This document shows positions 13,702 to 23,368 of a stretch of 64,000 nt of DNA, in pieces (position 1 is the first letter of the stretch; the number at the start of each line of letters is the position of its first letter). The notes beneath the pieces were generated by a model. That model saw only the letters and a program-made list of their open reading frames with translations. It did not search any database and had not been told where the DNA came from. The DNA is from an uncultured Pelagibacteraceae bacterium. Its GTDB lineage: Bacteria; Pseudomonadota; Alphaproteobacteria; Pelagibacterales; Pelagibacteraceae. The DNA lies in NCBI GenBank assembly GCA_902606075.1, contig CACLEU010000001.1, positions 16,356 through 80,355 of the forward strand. The letters are read 5' to 3'. The position numbers and the translations under genes were made by a program.

Positions 13702-14231
13702 TAGCTAGCCTTCTCTATTTGGTTAAATTCTAAATCTACAGGTGTTGGTCTGCCAAAAATAGAAACTGATACCTTAACACGAAGTTTATCTTCATCTATA
13801 TCTTCTATTAAACCAGAGAACGATGCAAAAGGACCATCAACAACTTGAACTTTTTCTCCTATTGAATAATCAATAGTTGATTTTGGCTGCGCAACTCCGT
13901 CTTTCATTTGGCCAAGTATTTTTTCTATTTCTATATCAGACACTGGCACAGGAATACCTTTGGTTCCTAGAAACCCACTAACTTTTTTTATACCTTTTAT
14001 CATATGGTAAATATTATTATCCATTTCGCTTTTTATTAACACATATCCTGGAAAATACTTTTTTTTTCTTTGTATTCTTTTTCCCCTTTTTACCTCAGTA
14101 ACATCATGAGTAGGAACAACAATTTCCTCGATTTTATCTGATATTTTAGCTTTATCAGCTTCTTCCTTAATTAATTGAGCTACCTTGTTTTCGAAGCTTG
14201 AATGAGACTGCACTATGTACCAATTTTTCAT
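13701..14231 (-). CDS. nusG: Transcription termination/antitermination factor NusG
   Basis: [17 protein letters not shown] motif [10 protein letters not shown]; ATG at 14231 overlaps the secE stop (TGATG). Confidence 0.98.
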   Translation of the reverse strand: MKNWYIVQSHSSFENKVAQLIKEEADKAKISDKIEEIVVPTHDVTEVKRGKRIQRKKKYFPGYVLIKSEMDNNIYHMIKGIKKVSGFLGTKGIPVPVSDIEIEKILGQMKDGVAQPKSTIDYSIGEKVQVVDGPFASFSGLIEDIDEDKLRVKVSVSIFGRPTPVDLEFNQIEKAS

Positions 14232-14422
14232 CAAAAACCTATTTTTAAAATTAATCCCAAAATATATTGAAAAAGCTGATCAAGAAGTAAAAAAAAAATT
14301 GAAGCAATTATAGCCATTGCTGCAACCATAAGTGTACCCTGCAAAGTTTCTTTACCAGTAGGCCAAGTAACCTTAAAAGCTTCTTGTTTTACTTCCTGTA
14401 AAAATTTAATTGGGTTTTTCAT
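14231..14422 (-). CDS. secE: Preprotein translocase subunit SecE
   Basis: EVKQEAFKVTWP followed by one TM helix; upstream of nusG. Confidence 0.95.
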   Translation of the reverse strand: MKNPIKFLQEVKQEAFKVTWPTGKETLQGTLMVAAMAIIASIFFLLLDQLFQYILGLILKIGF

Positions 14423-14437
14423 AATTTCCTATAAATC

Positions 14438-14513
14438 TGGCAGGAGCGGAGGGACTTGAACCCACAACCTCCGGTTTTGGAGACCGGCGCTCTACCAATT
14501 GAGCTACACTCCT
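14438..14513 (-). tRNA. tRNA-Trp(CCA)
   Basis: AGGAGTGTAGCTCAATTGGTAGAGCGCCGGTCTCCAAAACCGG...GTTCAAGTCC...GCCA cloverleaf, 76 nt. Confidence 0.97.
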
Positions 14514-14523
14514 ATGTGGTAGC

Positions 14524-15714
14524 TTATTTTATAATTTTTGTTACTACTCCTGCACCTACCGTTTTGCCTCCTTCACGAATAGCAAAATTTAATTTTTCAC
14601 TCATAGCAATTGGTGTAATTAATTTTACAGTAAACTTAGCATCATCTCCTGGCATAACCATTTCAGTACCTGAAGGCAATTCAACCTCACCAGTTACGTC
14701 TGTAGTTCTAAAATAAAACTGAGGTCTATATTTAGTAAAGAACGGTGTGTGTCTTCCACCTTCCTCTTTTTTTAAAACATACGCTTGAGCTTCAAATTCA
14801 GTATGCGGTGTGACTGAGCCTGGTTTTGCCAAAACTTGTCCTCTTTCTACATCTGTTCTTTCTACACCTCTTAAAAGAGCACCAATATTATCTCCAGCCT
14901 CACCAGTGTCTAAAATTTTTCTGAACATCTCAACTCCTGTACAAACAGTTTTTTTTGTGTCTCTTATTCCAATAATTTCAATTTCTTCACCAGTCTTTAC
15001 AACGCCTTGTTCAACCCGACCAGTTACAACGGTACCTCTACCTGAAATTGAAAAAACATCTTCAACAGGCATTAAAAAAGGTTTATCTTTTGGTCTATCA
15101 GGTTGCGGAATATGTTCGTCAACAGCTTTCATTAACTCCATAATAGCTTTTTTCCCAATTTCCTCATCCTTGCCTTCAACCGCCGCTAAAGCAGATCCTT
15201 TTATGATTGGAGTTTTGTCTCCTGGAAATTTGTATGATGTTAAAAGTTCTTTTATTTCTTCCTCAACAAGTTCAATAAGTTCTTTATCTTTAACTTGATC
15301 AACTTTGTTTAAAAATACTACGATCGCTGGAACACCAACTTGTCTAGCTAATAAAATATGTTCTCTAGTCTGTGGCATAGGTCCATCAGCAGCATTTACC
15401 ACTAAAATAGCACCATCCATTTGTGCAGCACCAGTTATCATATTTTTTACGTAATCAGCGTGACCAGGACAGTCAACATGGGCGTAATGTCTTTTTTCAG
15501 TTTCATATTCTACGTGCGCAGTAGATATTGTTATACCTCTCTCTTTTTCCTCTGGAGCTTTATCAATCTGATCATAAGCTGTAAATTGAGCGCCACCAGT
15601 TTCTGATAATACTTTTGTAATTGCGGCTGTTAAAGTTGTTTTACCATGGTCAACATGCCCAATTGTACCTATGTTACAATGTGGTTTTGACCTATTAAAT
15701 TTTTCTTTCGACAT
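14524..15714 (-). CDS. tuf: Elongation factor Tu
   Basis: [30 protein letters not shown]. Confidence 0.99.
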   Translation of the reverse strand: MSKEKFNRSKPHCNIGTIGHVDHGKTTLTAAITKVLSETGGAQFTAYDQIDKAPEEKERGITISTAHVEYETEKRHYAHVDCPGHADYVKNMITGAAQMDGAILVVNAADGPMPQTREHILLARQVGVPAIVVFLNKVDQVKDKELIELVEEEIKELLTSYKFPGDKTPIIKGSALAAVEGKDEEIGKKAIMELMKAVDEHIPQPDRPKDKPFLMPVEDVFSISGRGTVVTGRVEQGVVKTGEEIEIIGIRDTKKTVCTGVEMFRKILDTGEAGDNIGALLRGVERTDVERGQVLAKPGSVTPHTEFEAQAYVLKKEEGGRHTPFFTKYRPQFYFRTTDVTGEVELPSGTEMVMPGDDAKFTVKLITPIAMSEKLNFAIREGGKTVGAGVVTKIIK

Positions 15715-15747
15715 TACTATTTCACCTCATTTTAATTTTTAATATTT

Positions 15748-15821
15748 TGGAGCGGGTAAAGGGAATCGAACCCTTACATCCAGCTTGGAAGGCTAGCGTT
15801 CTACCATTGAACTACACCCGC
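15748..15821 (-). tRNA. tRNA-Gly(TCC)
   Basis: GCGGGTGTAGTTCAATGGTAGAACGCTAGCCTTCCAAGCTGG...GTTCGATTCC...CTCCA, 74 nt. Confidence 0.97.
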
Positions 15822-15865
15822 GTAACCAAGTTAATTCTCCAAGTTATCTAAATTTTTTAAATGAA

Positions 15866-15951
<86 letters not shown>

Positions 15952-16083
15952 TAATCTTGGGGTAGCGACCCCTTGTTCAATTAAACGTTTAAACAACAGT
16001 GGTTTTATATATTTTTATTGAACAAATGCAATAATAGAAATATCAAGAAAATATTAAAAAATTTAGTAAAATCAGCATAAATA

Positions 16084-16833
16084 ATGACAAATTTAAATTA
16101 TTTTATAGTTGGAAAACATCCGGTGACAGAAGCACTTAAAAACCCCAAAAGAAAGGTGCTCAGAGTTTTTTTAACTGAGGAAAGTAAAAAAACTATAAAT
16201 CGAGAAAACCAAAATATAAATCTATTGAAGAATGTAAAAGTTTATTTCAAAACAAAAAAAGAACTTGATAAATATTGTAAAAATGAACAAATCTTGCATC
16301 AAGGTTTTGTTGCTGAAATTGAAAAATTAGAATACCCAAACTTAAAAGATTTTATTAAAGGTAAAAATAATATTAACTTAATTTGTTTGCAAGGTGTAAC
16401 AGATCCAAGGAATATAGGATCAGTAATAAGAAGCGCAGTATCATTTGATATTGATGGCTTGATTGTTAAAGAAAGAAATTTTCCAGAAGTTAGTAAATCA
16501 ATGTATAAATCTAGTAGCGGCAGTATAGAATATATTAATATTTTTAAAGTATCAAATATTAACACTACACTTAAATTTTTAAGAGAAAATAACTTTTGGG
16601 TATATGGATTTGACTCAACAGCAAAAAAAGATTTTACTGACATAAGTTGGAAAGGAAATAATATACTATTATTTGGCTCAGAAGGATCAGGAATAAATCA
16701 AAAAACAAATAATTATGTGGATTTTAATGTTAATATAAAAATTAATAATAAAATTGAAAGTCTTAATATCTCAAATAGCGCTGCTATAGTATTTCATTAC
16801 ATTAAAAAATTAAAATTAGTTCAACTTAAATAA
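16084..16833 (+). CDS. rlmB: 23S rRNA (Gm2251) 2'-O-methyltransferase, SpoU/TrmH family
   Basis: GKHPVTEAL, HQG, VTDPRNIGSVIRSA, FGSEGSG, ESLNISNSAA. Confidence 0.9.
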   Translation: MTNLNYFIVGKHPVTEALKNPKRKVLRVFLTEESKKTINRENQNINLLKNVKVYFKTKKELDKYCKNEQILHQGFVAEIEKLEYPNLKDFIKGKNNINLICLQGVTDPRNIGSVIRSAVSFDIDGLIVKERNFPEVSKSMYKSSSGSIEYINIFKVSNINTTLKFLRENNFWVYGFDSTAKKDFTDISWKGNNILLFGSEGSGINQKTNNYVDFNVNIKINNKIESLNISNSAAIVFHYIKKLKLVQLK

Positions 16834-18234
16834 CTTTGCTTCAACTAAATATTTTTTTTTGACTTCTTTTAATTTCCATTTTTTTGTCTCTTTAACATTG
16901 CAATCAATACTTTTATGAGGTTTATAACATAAGAACCAAAAACTATTTGCATTTTTAGGTATATTTTTATCGTATTTAATTATATTTAAATTCTTTTTAA
17001 TATTCTCATCTAAATTCTTGATATAATTAAATACTAATTCAGAATCTGGGTACAGTTCTTTAATAACAATATTTTTGTCAGAACTATACTCTTTTAAGTA
17101 TTCTATCATATTAGTAAATTCTGGTTTAGTATTTTTTCTCCCAAAAATTTCTAAGTAATGATTAAACAAACTTGAGACAATTAAAAATATAATTATAAAA
17201 TATTTAATTTTCTTTGATCTTATTTCATTAGATAAACATGATATTAATATTAATACGGGTATAAATATAAATATAATATATCTGTCATGTAAAACAGGTG
17301 TTTTGATTAAACCATAAGCAAAGGGAAGTAGGTATGAAAATATAAAAATTAAAACTAGTAAAGAATAATTTTTATTAAAAATTATTATTTTCCTATTATA
17401 AAATATTAAAAAAAACAAAGTAAATAAATAAATATATCCCATTATTTTTGAGCCAAAAAATCTTGGAAAATACAAACCATCAACAACATTAGTTAAATCA
17501 GAGGAAAGCATATAACTAGAAAAGGAAATTTGATAAATTAAGTAATTATAGTTAAATAACAAATAGAGAAAAATAATTGGTAAATAAGAAATAATTATTA
17601 GATTGTTTTTTTTATTAAAGTAAAAAATTAATAATAACGTATGTGCAATTTGAGAGAACAAAATTATTAAAGAAAATGGGTTTGTCGAGTAATTTAACAC
17701 AGAGATAATTACAAAGGCAAATGTTGTTGAATAACTGCTAAATTTATTTTTCATTACTTTATCAGAAATGAAACAATATAAAAAAATATTAATTATACTT
17801 AACATTAACAGAAGTGAATATGGTCTTACTTCTTGAGAATACTTTATAATGTAAATACTAATACTTGCTAAAAAAGTTGTTAGTAAAAAAGAGTTATCTT
17901 TTTTTACAAAGTAAGAAAGTATTCCAAAAAAAAATAAAGAAATTGAACCAAAAAAAAAAGGAAGTAATCTAGCGGTATTAGGCTCATATTCTGTAAAGTA
18001 TAAAAATTCTTTTAAAATTAAATTAAATAAAAAAGGATTATGAAAATCTGATTTTTTTTGACGTAAAATTGTTTCCTCTAATGATAAGCTAGGGTCGGCT
18101 ACCCAAAAGCTATTCATTTCGTCTAACCAAAAATTTTCAAAATGAAGCTGATACCGTATTGTAAATATTCCAATAAAAACTATAACAAAATAAAAAATTA
18201 GAGATTTTTTTTTTATAATTTCACTCATAATCAA
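16816..18234 (-). CDS. GT-C fold membrane glycosyltransferase (GT39/ArnT-like)
   Basis: N-terminal FWLDE, HNPFL, ARL, YSQEVRPYSL, many TM helices, DRY. Confidence 0.75.
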   Translation of the reverse strand: MIMSEIIKKKSLIFYFVIVFIGIFTIRYQLHFENFWLDEMNSFWVADPSLSLEETILRQKKSDFHNPFLFNLILKEFLYFTEYEPNTARLLPFFFGSISLFFFGILSYFVKKDNSFLLTTFLASISIYIIKYSQEVRPYSLLLMLSIINIFLYCFISDKVMKNKFSSYSTTFAFVIISVLNYSTNPFSLIILFSQIAHTLLLIFYFNKKNNLIIISYLPIIFLYLLFNYNYLIYQISFSSYMLSSDLTNVVDGLYFPRFFGSKIMGYIYLFTLFFLIFYNRKIIIFNKNYSLLVLIFIFSYLLPFAYGLIKTPVLHDRYIIFIFIPVLILISCLSNEIRSKKIKYFIIIFLIVSSLFNHYLEIFGRKNTKPEFTNMIEYLKEYSSDKNIVIKELYPDSELVFNYIKNLDENIKKNLNIIKYDKNIPKNANSFWFLCYKPHKSIDCNVKETKKWKLKEVKKKYLVEAKLFKLN

Positions 18235-18293
18235 ATAAAGAATATCAAAATTTAATAAAAATTAGAAATATAATTATTTTTATTATTGTTCAT

Positions 18294-18312
18294 ACCGACA
18301 AGAAACCGACAA
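18294..18312. repeat. Direct repeat ACCGACAA x2 at 11-bp period
   Basis: ACCGACAAGAA-ACCGACAA at 18294 and 18305 in an otherwise very AT-rich spacer. Confidence 0.6.
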
Positions 18313-18330
18313 ATTAAAAAATTTATTCAT

Positions 18331-18942
18331 TTAATTTAAAATATTAATAATACTTATTTTAATAGTTTCACTTATTTTGATGGTCCCTTCTTTATTTGGA
18401 TGAATTCCATCTTTTAGATTTAAGCTTGGATTAAGTGCTACTCCCTCAAGAAGAAATGGGATTAAAGGTAAATTATATTTTTTTGACAATTTCGGATAAA
18501 TATCATCAAACTCTTTTTTATATTTTTTTCCAATAGTACTTGGTGCAACCATACCAGCTAAAATGATTTTAATTTTTTTATTTTTAGCAATATTTATTAT
18601 TTGTTCTAAATTTTTTTTTGTTTCGTCTGGCTGAATTCCCCTGAGCATATCATTAGCTCCTAATCCTAAAATCATTAAATCTATTCCTGGTTCTGATAAA
18701 CTCCAATCAACTCTATTCAATCCACCTGATGACGTACTTCCAGAAACACTTCCATTAATAACTTCAATATTTAAACCAGCTTTCTTAAGATTGTTTTCTA
18801 AAACTATTGATAAATGATGTTCTTTAGGTAATCCATATCCAGCCATCAAACTATCACCAAATAGAACTACCTTTTCTATTGCACTTGCGTTTATGTGCAC
18901 TAGAAAGATTATTAAAATTTTTATAAATATAGTTTTACTCAT
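18331..18942 (-). CDS. tesA: GDSL/SGNH arylesterase (TesA-like)
   Basis: FGDSL, NGSVSGSTS, LGANDMLRG, DGIHPN; start reassigned to ATG 18942 (MSKTIF..., signal peptide). Confidence 0.85.
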   Translation of the reverse strand: MSKTIFIKILIIFLVHINASAIEKVVLFGDSLMAGYGLPKEHHLSIVLENNLKKAGLNIEVINGSVSGSTSSGGLNRVDWSLSEPGIDLMILGLGANDMLRGIQPDETKKNLEQIINIAKNKKIKIILAGMVAPSTIGKKYKKEFDDIYPKLSKKYNLPLIPFLLEGVALNPSLNLKDGIHPNKEGTIKISETIKISIINILN

Positions 18943-19606
18943 GAGTACCCTTCTTAAATTAAAAAAAATAAACCTTAAATACCAAACTGGTAAAGATAAT
19001 ATCAATATTTTAAGGAATATTGATTTAAATATTAAGAAAAAAGAAACTGTTTCTGTTGTTGGGGAAAGTGGCTCAGGAAAAACAAGTTTAATCATGTTAA
19101 TAGGGGGTTTGGAGAAACCTAACTCAGGTAAAATAATTTTCCAGGATCAAGAAATTACAGGTCTTAGTGAAGATGAGGTATCTGAGATTAGAAAGAAAAA
19201 TATTGGAATAATTTTTCAGTCGTTTTATTTAATTCCTAATTATACAGCGGTTGAAAATGTTGCACTTACACTTGAGCTCAATAATTTTAAAAATCCAGAT
19301 AAAGAAGCAAAGATTTTATTAGATCGTTTTGCTTTGAAACATCGTTTTAATAATCTTCCAGGTCAATTATCAGGTGGTGAGCAACAAAGAGTTGCTATCG
19401 CCAGAGCAATTGCAATGAAACCAGAATTAATTTTAGCTGATGAGCCAACTGGAAACTTAGATACTGAAAATTCTATTATGATTGCAAATATTTTATTTAA
19501 ATATGTAAAAGAAGAAGGCTCTTCTTTAATCATGGTAACTCATGACACTAAACTTGCTAATAAAACTAAAAGAAAAATAAAAATTAAAGATGGAAAAATT
19601 AAATAA
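18941..19606 (+). CDS. ABC transporter ATP-binding protein (YbbA/LolD family)
   Basis: GESGSGKT, LSGGEQQRVAIARA, ADEPTGNLD, VTHD; start reassigned to ATG 18941. Confidence 0.92.
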   Translation: MSTLLKLKKINLKYQTGKDNINILRNIDLNIKKKETVSVVGESGSGKTSLIMLIGGLEKPNSGKIIFQDQEITGLSEDEVSEIRKKNIGIIFQSFYLIPNYTAVENVALTLELNNFKNPDKEAKILLDRFALKHRFNNLPGQLSGGEQQRVAIARAIAMKPELILADEPTGNLDTENSIMIANILFKYVKEEGSSLIMVTHDTKLANKTKRKIKIKDGKIK

Positions 19607-22124
19607 TCCTTCAGAATTTAGTTTGATTTTAAAATATGCTTTAAAAGACTTAAGCAGAAATTATTATAAAATATCTAGTATCATTGTTACGCTATTTATA
19701 AGTCTTTTTATCTTAAGTGCTATTTTCACAATTGAAGATAGTCTTAAAAAAGAATTAAATGATAATGCCAAAGCACTTTTAGGTGGAGATTTAGAGATTG
19801 ATTACAATCGTAATGTAGGAGATTTAGATCTAGTTAATCAAGTTAAAGAATTTGCAACTGTTTCTCAAATGATTGAGTTTAGTACTATGCTTTCAACATC
19901 AGGGAGAGAAAAAAATAAATCATTATTTACTAGAATTAAAACTGTGGATGAAAATTATCCTTTATATGGAAATGTTGTTTATGAGCCAATTGGTGCTTAT
20001 GAAAGAATGCAAAGAGAACCTTATTCTATCCTTATCAATGAAAGTTTATCAAAAACCCTTAATATAAAAATTAATGAAAAGGTAAAAGTTCAAGATCAAA
20101 ACTTTACAGTAATTGGAATTATTAAATCAGTACCGGATGTAAGTGGATTTATTGCATTTGGAGATTGGGCTTTAGCGGGAAAACAAACATTAGAAATCTT
20201 GAAACTAAATGGAATTGGAAGCTTTTTAAACTATGAATACAAAGTAAAATTTAACGAAAAAGATAATCCAGAAGAAATCGAAAAACGAATTGAGGAAATT
20301 TTTAAAGACGATCAAAAAGTAAAGCTTAGATATCCTGAAAATTCTGCTAGTGGAATAAAGAGAATAATTAATAATTTTTCTCAATTTTTATCTCTTGTAT
20401 CAATCAGTGCAATGTTAATTGCAGGCATTGGAGTCGCAAATACTCTACTTTCTTTTATCAATCAAAACAATATGTCTATTGCTGTAAGAAAGGCGGTTGG
20501 CTTTTATTCAGGCAATATTAAAACATTATATTACCTTCAGTTATTTATACTTTTATTCATCATCACTGTAGTTGCCTATGGATCAAGTTTTTTAATTGTA
20601 CCAATAGTAGATAAATATCTATCTGATGGATTGGGATTGAATGTTCATCCAGTGTTTTCATTACTTAATTTTTTAAAAATATTTTTAGTGGGTTTGTTAG
20701 TTCTTGTAATTTTTACTATTCCAACAATCAGTTCTATAGATCAAGTAAAAGCCTCTAATTTATTTAGAAACGTATTTCAAAACCTTCAATTTTTTTATTC
20801 TAAGAGATCAGTTGTTCTAAGCTTTTTTTTATTATCTATCTTAATTTTTTTATTCACTATTGGATCTGAACAACCTTCTTATAGCTTGGGTTACTTTGTG
20901 GCTTTTTTTGTTTGTTTAATTGTATTTTTCTTACTTTCAAAATTAATCATTTTTTTTCTTAAAAAATTCAAATCTAGTCCAATAATTTCTTTAAAAGTTT
21001 CAATTAAAAATATTACTCAGACAAAAAGTATAACCCCTATTACAGTTATGTCTCTTGGTCTAGGCGTTACTTTGTTATTAACTTTAGCTTTAGTTGGCAC
21101 AAATTTTCAAAGAGAAATTGCTAAATCTATTCCTGATATTGCACCTGATTATTTCTTTGTAGGTATTCAAAAAGGAGAAAGAGAGAAATTTGAACAAGGT
21201 ATTTTAAATATGGATCCAAGTGCATCTATTGAAATTGTACCAATGGTTTCATCTGGTATAGTAAAAATTAACGGTATTGATCCTAATACTTATATTAAAC
21301 CAGATAATGACAGTTACTGGGTTATTGGTAGTGAACGAAGATCTTCGTGGGTAGAAAACGTGCCTGGAGATAACTTAATTTTAGATGGCGAATGGTGGGA
21401 TTTATCAAAGCCAAATCAACTTCAAATATCTTTAGATTCAAAAGTTGCTAAGGATTTTAACATCCTGTTAGGTGATATCTTTACTTTAAATGTTTATGGA
21501 CGTGAAATTGATGGGAAAGTAGTAAATTTTAGAGAAGTCGATTATCGAGATTTAAGTATCAACTTTGCAATGTTATTTAACCCTCAATTTGCAAAAAATA
21601 TTCCACATGAGTATTTGGCTACTGCAAAATTTAGATCAAATAAGTTTGATGAAACTGAAATGCTTGAAATCATGCCAAGTTTATCAATGATTAAAATTGC
21701 AGATTATTTATCAAAAGTTACAGCCGTTTTAAATAAGGTATTTATTGCGGTTACATTAATTTCAGCAATTACAATTGTTATAGGCTTAATCGTAATTTCA
21801 AGTGCAATTATGGTTCAAGGAAAAGTAAAGGAATATCAAAATTTGGTTTTCAAAATTTTAGGTTTTTCAAAAAAACAAATTATTTTTTCATCTTTAATTG
21901 AATTCGTCATTATCTTTAAATCTGTAATTTTGATTGCAGTATTCTTTGCTGTGATTGGTTCAAAATTTATAATAGAAAATATTTTTGAATTAATGTGGAT
22001 GTTTGACTTTAAGATTATAATTTATTTAGGACTTTCAATTGGTTTTGTTACCTTAGTTTTGATATTATTAACTAACTTAAAATATCTAAATCCTAAGGTT
22101 TATCCTCTAATAAGAAATCAATAA
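19590..22124 (+). CDS. ABC transporter permease (YbbP/FtsX-like, duplicated domain)
   Basis: ALLGGD, YPLYG, two FtsX-like TM sets, PDYFFVGIQ; tesA-ybbAP synteny. Confidence 0.85.
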   Translation: MEKLNNPSEFSLILKYALKDLSRNYYKISSIIVTLFISLFILSAIFTIEDSLKKELNDNAKALLGGDLEIDYNRNVGDLDLVNQVKEFATVSQMIEFSTMLSTSGREKNKSLFTRIKTVDENYPLYGNVVYEPIGAYERMQREPYSILINESLSKTLNIKINEKVKVQDQNFTVIGIIKSVPDVSGFIAFGDWALAGKQTLEILKLNGIGSFLNYEYKVKFNEKDNPEEIEKRIEEIFKDDQKVKLRYPENSASGIKRIINNFSQFLSLVSISAMLIAGIGVANTLLSFINQNNMSIAVRKAVGFYSGNIKTLYYLQLFILLFIITVVAYGSSFLIVPIVDKYLSDGLGLNVHPVFSLLNFLKIFLVGLLVLVIFTIPTISSIDQVKASNLFRNVFQNLQFFYSKRSVVLSFFLLSILIFLFTIGSEQPSYSLGYFVAFFVCLIVFFLLSKLIIFFLKKFKSSPIISLKVSIKNITQTKSITPITVMSLGLGVTLLLTLALVGTNFQREIAKSIPDIAPDYFFVGIQKGEREKFEQGILNMDPSASIEIVPMVSSGIVKINGIDPNTYIKPDNDSYWVIGSERRSSWVENVPGDNLILDGEWWDLSKPNQLQISLDSKVAKDFNILLGDIFTLNVYGREIDGKVVNFREVDYRDLSINFAMLFNPQFAKNIPHEYLATAKFRSNKFDETEMLEIMPSLSMIKIADYLSKVTAVLNKVFIAVTLISAITIVIGLIVISSAIMVQGKVKEYQNLVFKILGFSKKQIIFSSLIEFVIIFKSVILIAVFFAVIGSKFIIENIFELMWMFDFKIIIYLGLSIGFVTLVLILLTNLKYLNPKVYPLIRNQ

Positions 22125-22301
22125 TTAAAATTTTTGAATTTATATATCAAACTCTCGGACCAACAGCCAAACTGACAGATTAGTCACAAATAGTCTACAA
22201 CAAGCTACAAAGCCAAAAAAAGAGAATTAAATTTCGATAACCAAACCTTTTAATTGTTGATTTAATTGACTTTTAACATTAAAAACTTCAGTGATACGAA
22301 T

Positions 22302-22377
22302 GCCCTTGTAGCTCAGCTGGTAGAGCAATTGATTTGTAATCAATAGGTCCGCGGTTCGAATCCGTGCGGGGGCACCA
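22302..22377 (+). tRNA. tRNA-Thr(TGT)
   Basis: GCCCTTGTAGCTCAGCTGGTAGAGCAATTGATTTGTAATCAATAGGTCCGCGGTTCGAATCCGTGCGGGGGCACCA. Confidence 0.97.
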
Positions 22378-22440
22378 TCACTTAATAAAATCAACACTAA
22401 TTATTTTTGTAGAGTTATAGTTTAGTTTAATTTTGTAATC

Positions 22441-22471
22441 GATTGTGCCAGGATTGTGCCAGGATTGTGCC
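22441..22471 (+). repeat. Tandem GATTGTGCCAG x2.8 (putative integrase arm-type sites)
   Basis: GATTGTGCCAG GATTGTGCCAG GATTGTGCC read directly. Confidence 0.85.
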
Positions 22472-22487
22472 GTGATCAAGTAGTCAT

Positions 22488-23033
22488 TTAATCATAATAA
22501 ATGTACTTTAATATTCTATTTGCACTATTTGAACACGGAGATTTAAAACAACCTTCAAAAATTATTCTTGAGTTTTTATTTTCAAAACACGAAATTAAAA
22601 AACCTAAATTGGTATCGCTTGATGCGTCTTCATTACATCCTGCAGATGAGTCGTTCGTATAAAGATTTCTATCAAATTGATGAAACAGATTCTTTGTTGG
22701 TTGTCCATTTCCATAAGTATTATTTAAACCATAAAAGTTAGATATAATTCCACTTACTCTATTAAAATCACTTGAGTTGCCAGCTAATAAAACTTCACAA
22801 GTAGTTTTATCCCAAAGTGCTCTAGCAGTAGAGTTTATTTCACATAAAGCTTTCTCTGAAACCCAAGCTTTATAAATCATTTCAAAATTAGCTCTGCTAG
22901 TAGAAGATTTTGCAGCAGTTGTGTATCCACTATAAGCAACAGTTCCTACAGCAGCAAGGATACCGATGATTGCTACAACGACTAGAAGTTCTATTAATGT
23001 GAAACCCTTGCTATTGAATTTTATTTTTGACAC
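22488..23033 (-). CDS. Type IV pilin-like protein
   Basis: Prepilin motif KG|FTLIELLVVVAIIGILAAVG with Glu5; variable Cys-rich C-terminal region. Confidence 0.9.
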   Translation of the reverse strand: MSKIKFNSKGFTLIELLVVVAIIGILAAVGTVAYSGYTTAAKSSTSRANFEMIYKAWVSEKALCEINSTARALWDKTTCEVLLAGNSSDFNRVSGIISNFYGLNNTYGNGQPTKNLFHQFDRNLYTNDSSAGCNEDASSDTNLGFLISCFENKNSRIIFEGCFKSPCSNSANRILKYIYYD

Positions 23034-23368
23034 TGTAATTTACAAAAAACATTGAGGTCTTTCATAGTTAATCCGCCTCTAATACTTTGTTTGCATAAAT
23101 TTAAACATTCATAATCAATTCCATCTTTTACAAATGTATCTTTTAATGATTTATTATTTTTTGTATTAGTATCAGATCCAAAAACCTTATCTAATAAGTT
23201 TTTAGATTTATTTATAAACCCCTTGTTATTTATCTCATATTCGCTCTGCAAACACAGAACAAAGTCTCTCTTGTTCTCTTCATAATTAAAAATTTTATTG
23301 CAAGTTTCTGCATTAGATTTACCAGCCAACAACAAACCCAGAACCACGATCCCTAAAAGTTTTTTCAT
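23021..23368 (-). CDS. Hypothetical secreted protein with six Cys
   Basis: Signal peptide MKKLLGIVVLGLLLAGKSNA; ECLNLC..FCKLQC. Confidence 0.7.
   Translation of the reverse strand: MKKLLGIVVLGLLLAGKSNAETCNKIFNYEENKRDFVLCLQSEYEINNKGFINKSKNLLDKVFGSDTNTKNNKSLKDTFVKDGIDYECLNLCKQSIRGGLTMKDLNVFCKLQCQK

Noticed and set aside
1572-15606. Many short + strand ORFs antisense to fusA, rpoC, rpoB, rpl genes and tuf, plus 1834-2016 (-)
   Set aside because: Shadow or alternate-frame ORFs over highly conserved genes; no motifs
18893-19095. Extended N-termini of tesA (19095) and the ABC ATPase (18893) in the ORF track
   Set aside because: The extensions are antisense read-through; the signal peptide and ATPase domain begin at the shared CATG
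22251-22402. IHF-like words flanking tRNA-Thr (AAATCAACAATTA on -, AAATCAACACTAA on +)
   Set aside because: Neither fits WATCAANNNNTTR exactly and the DNA is AT-rich; suggestive only
22441-22471. Tandem repeat considered as a CRISPR array or iterons
   Set aside because: 11-bp units without spacers, no cas or rep gene; recurrence beside the tRNA fragment fits arm sites better
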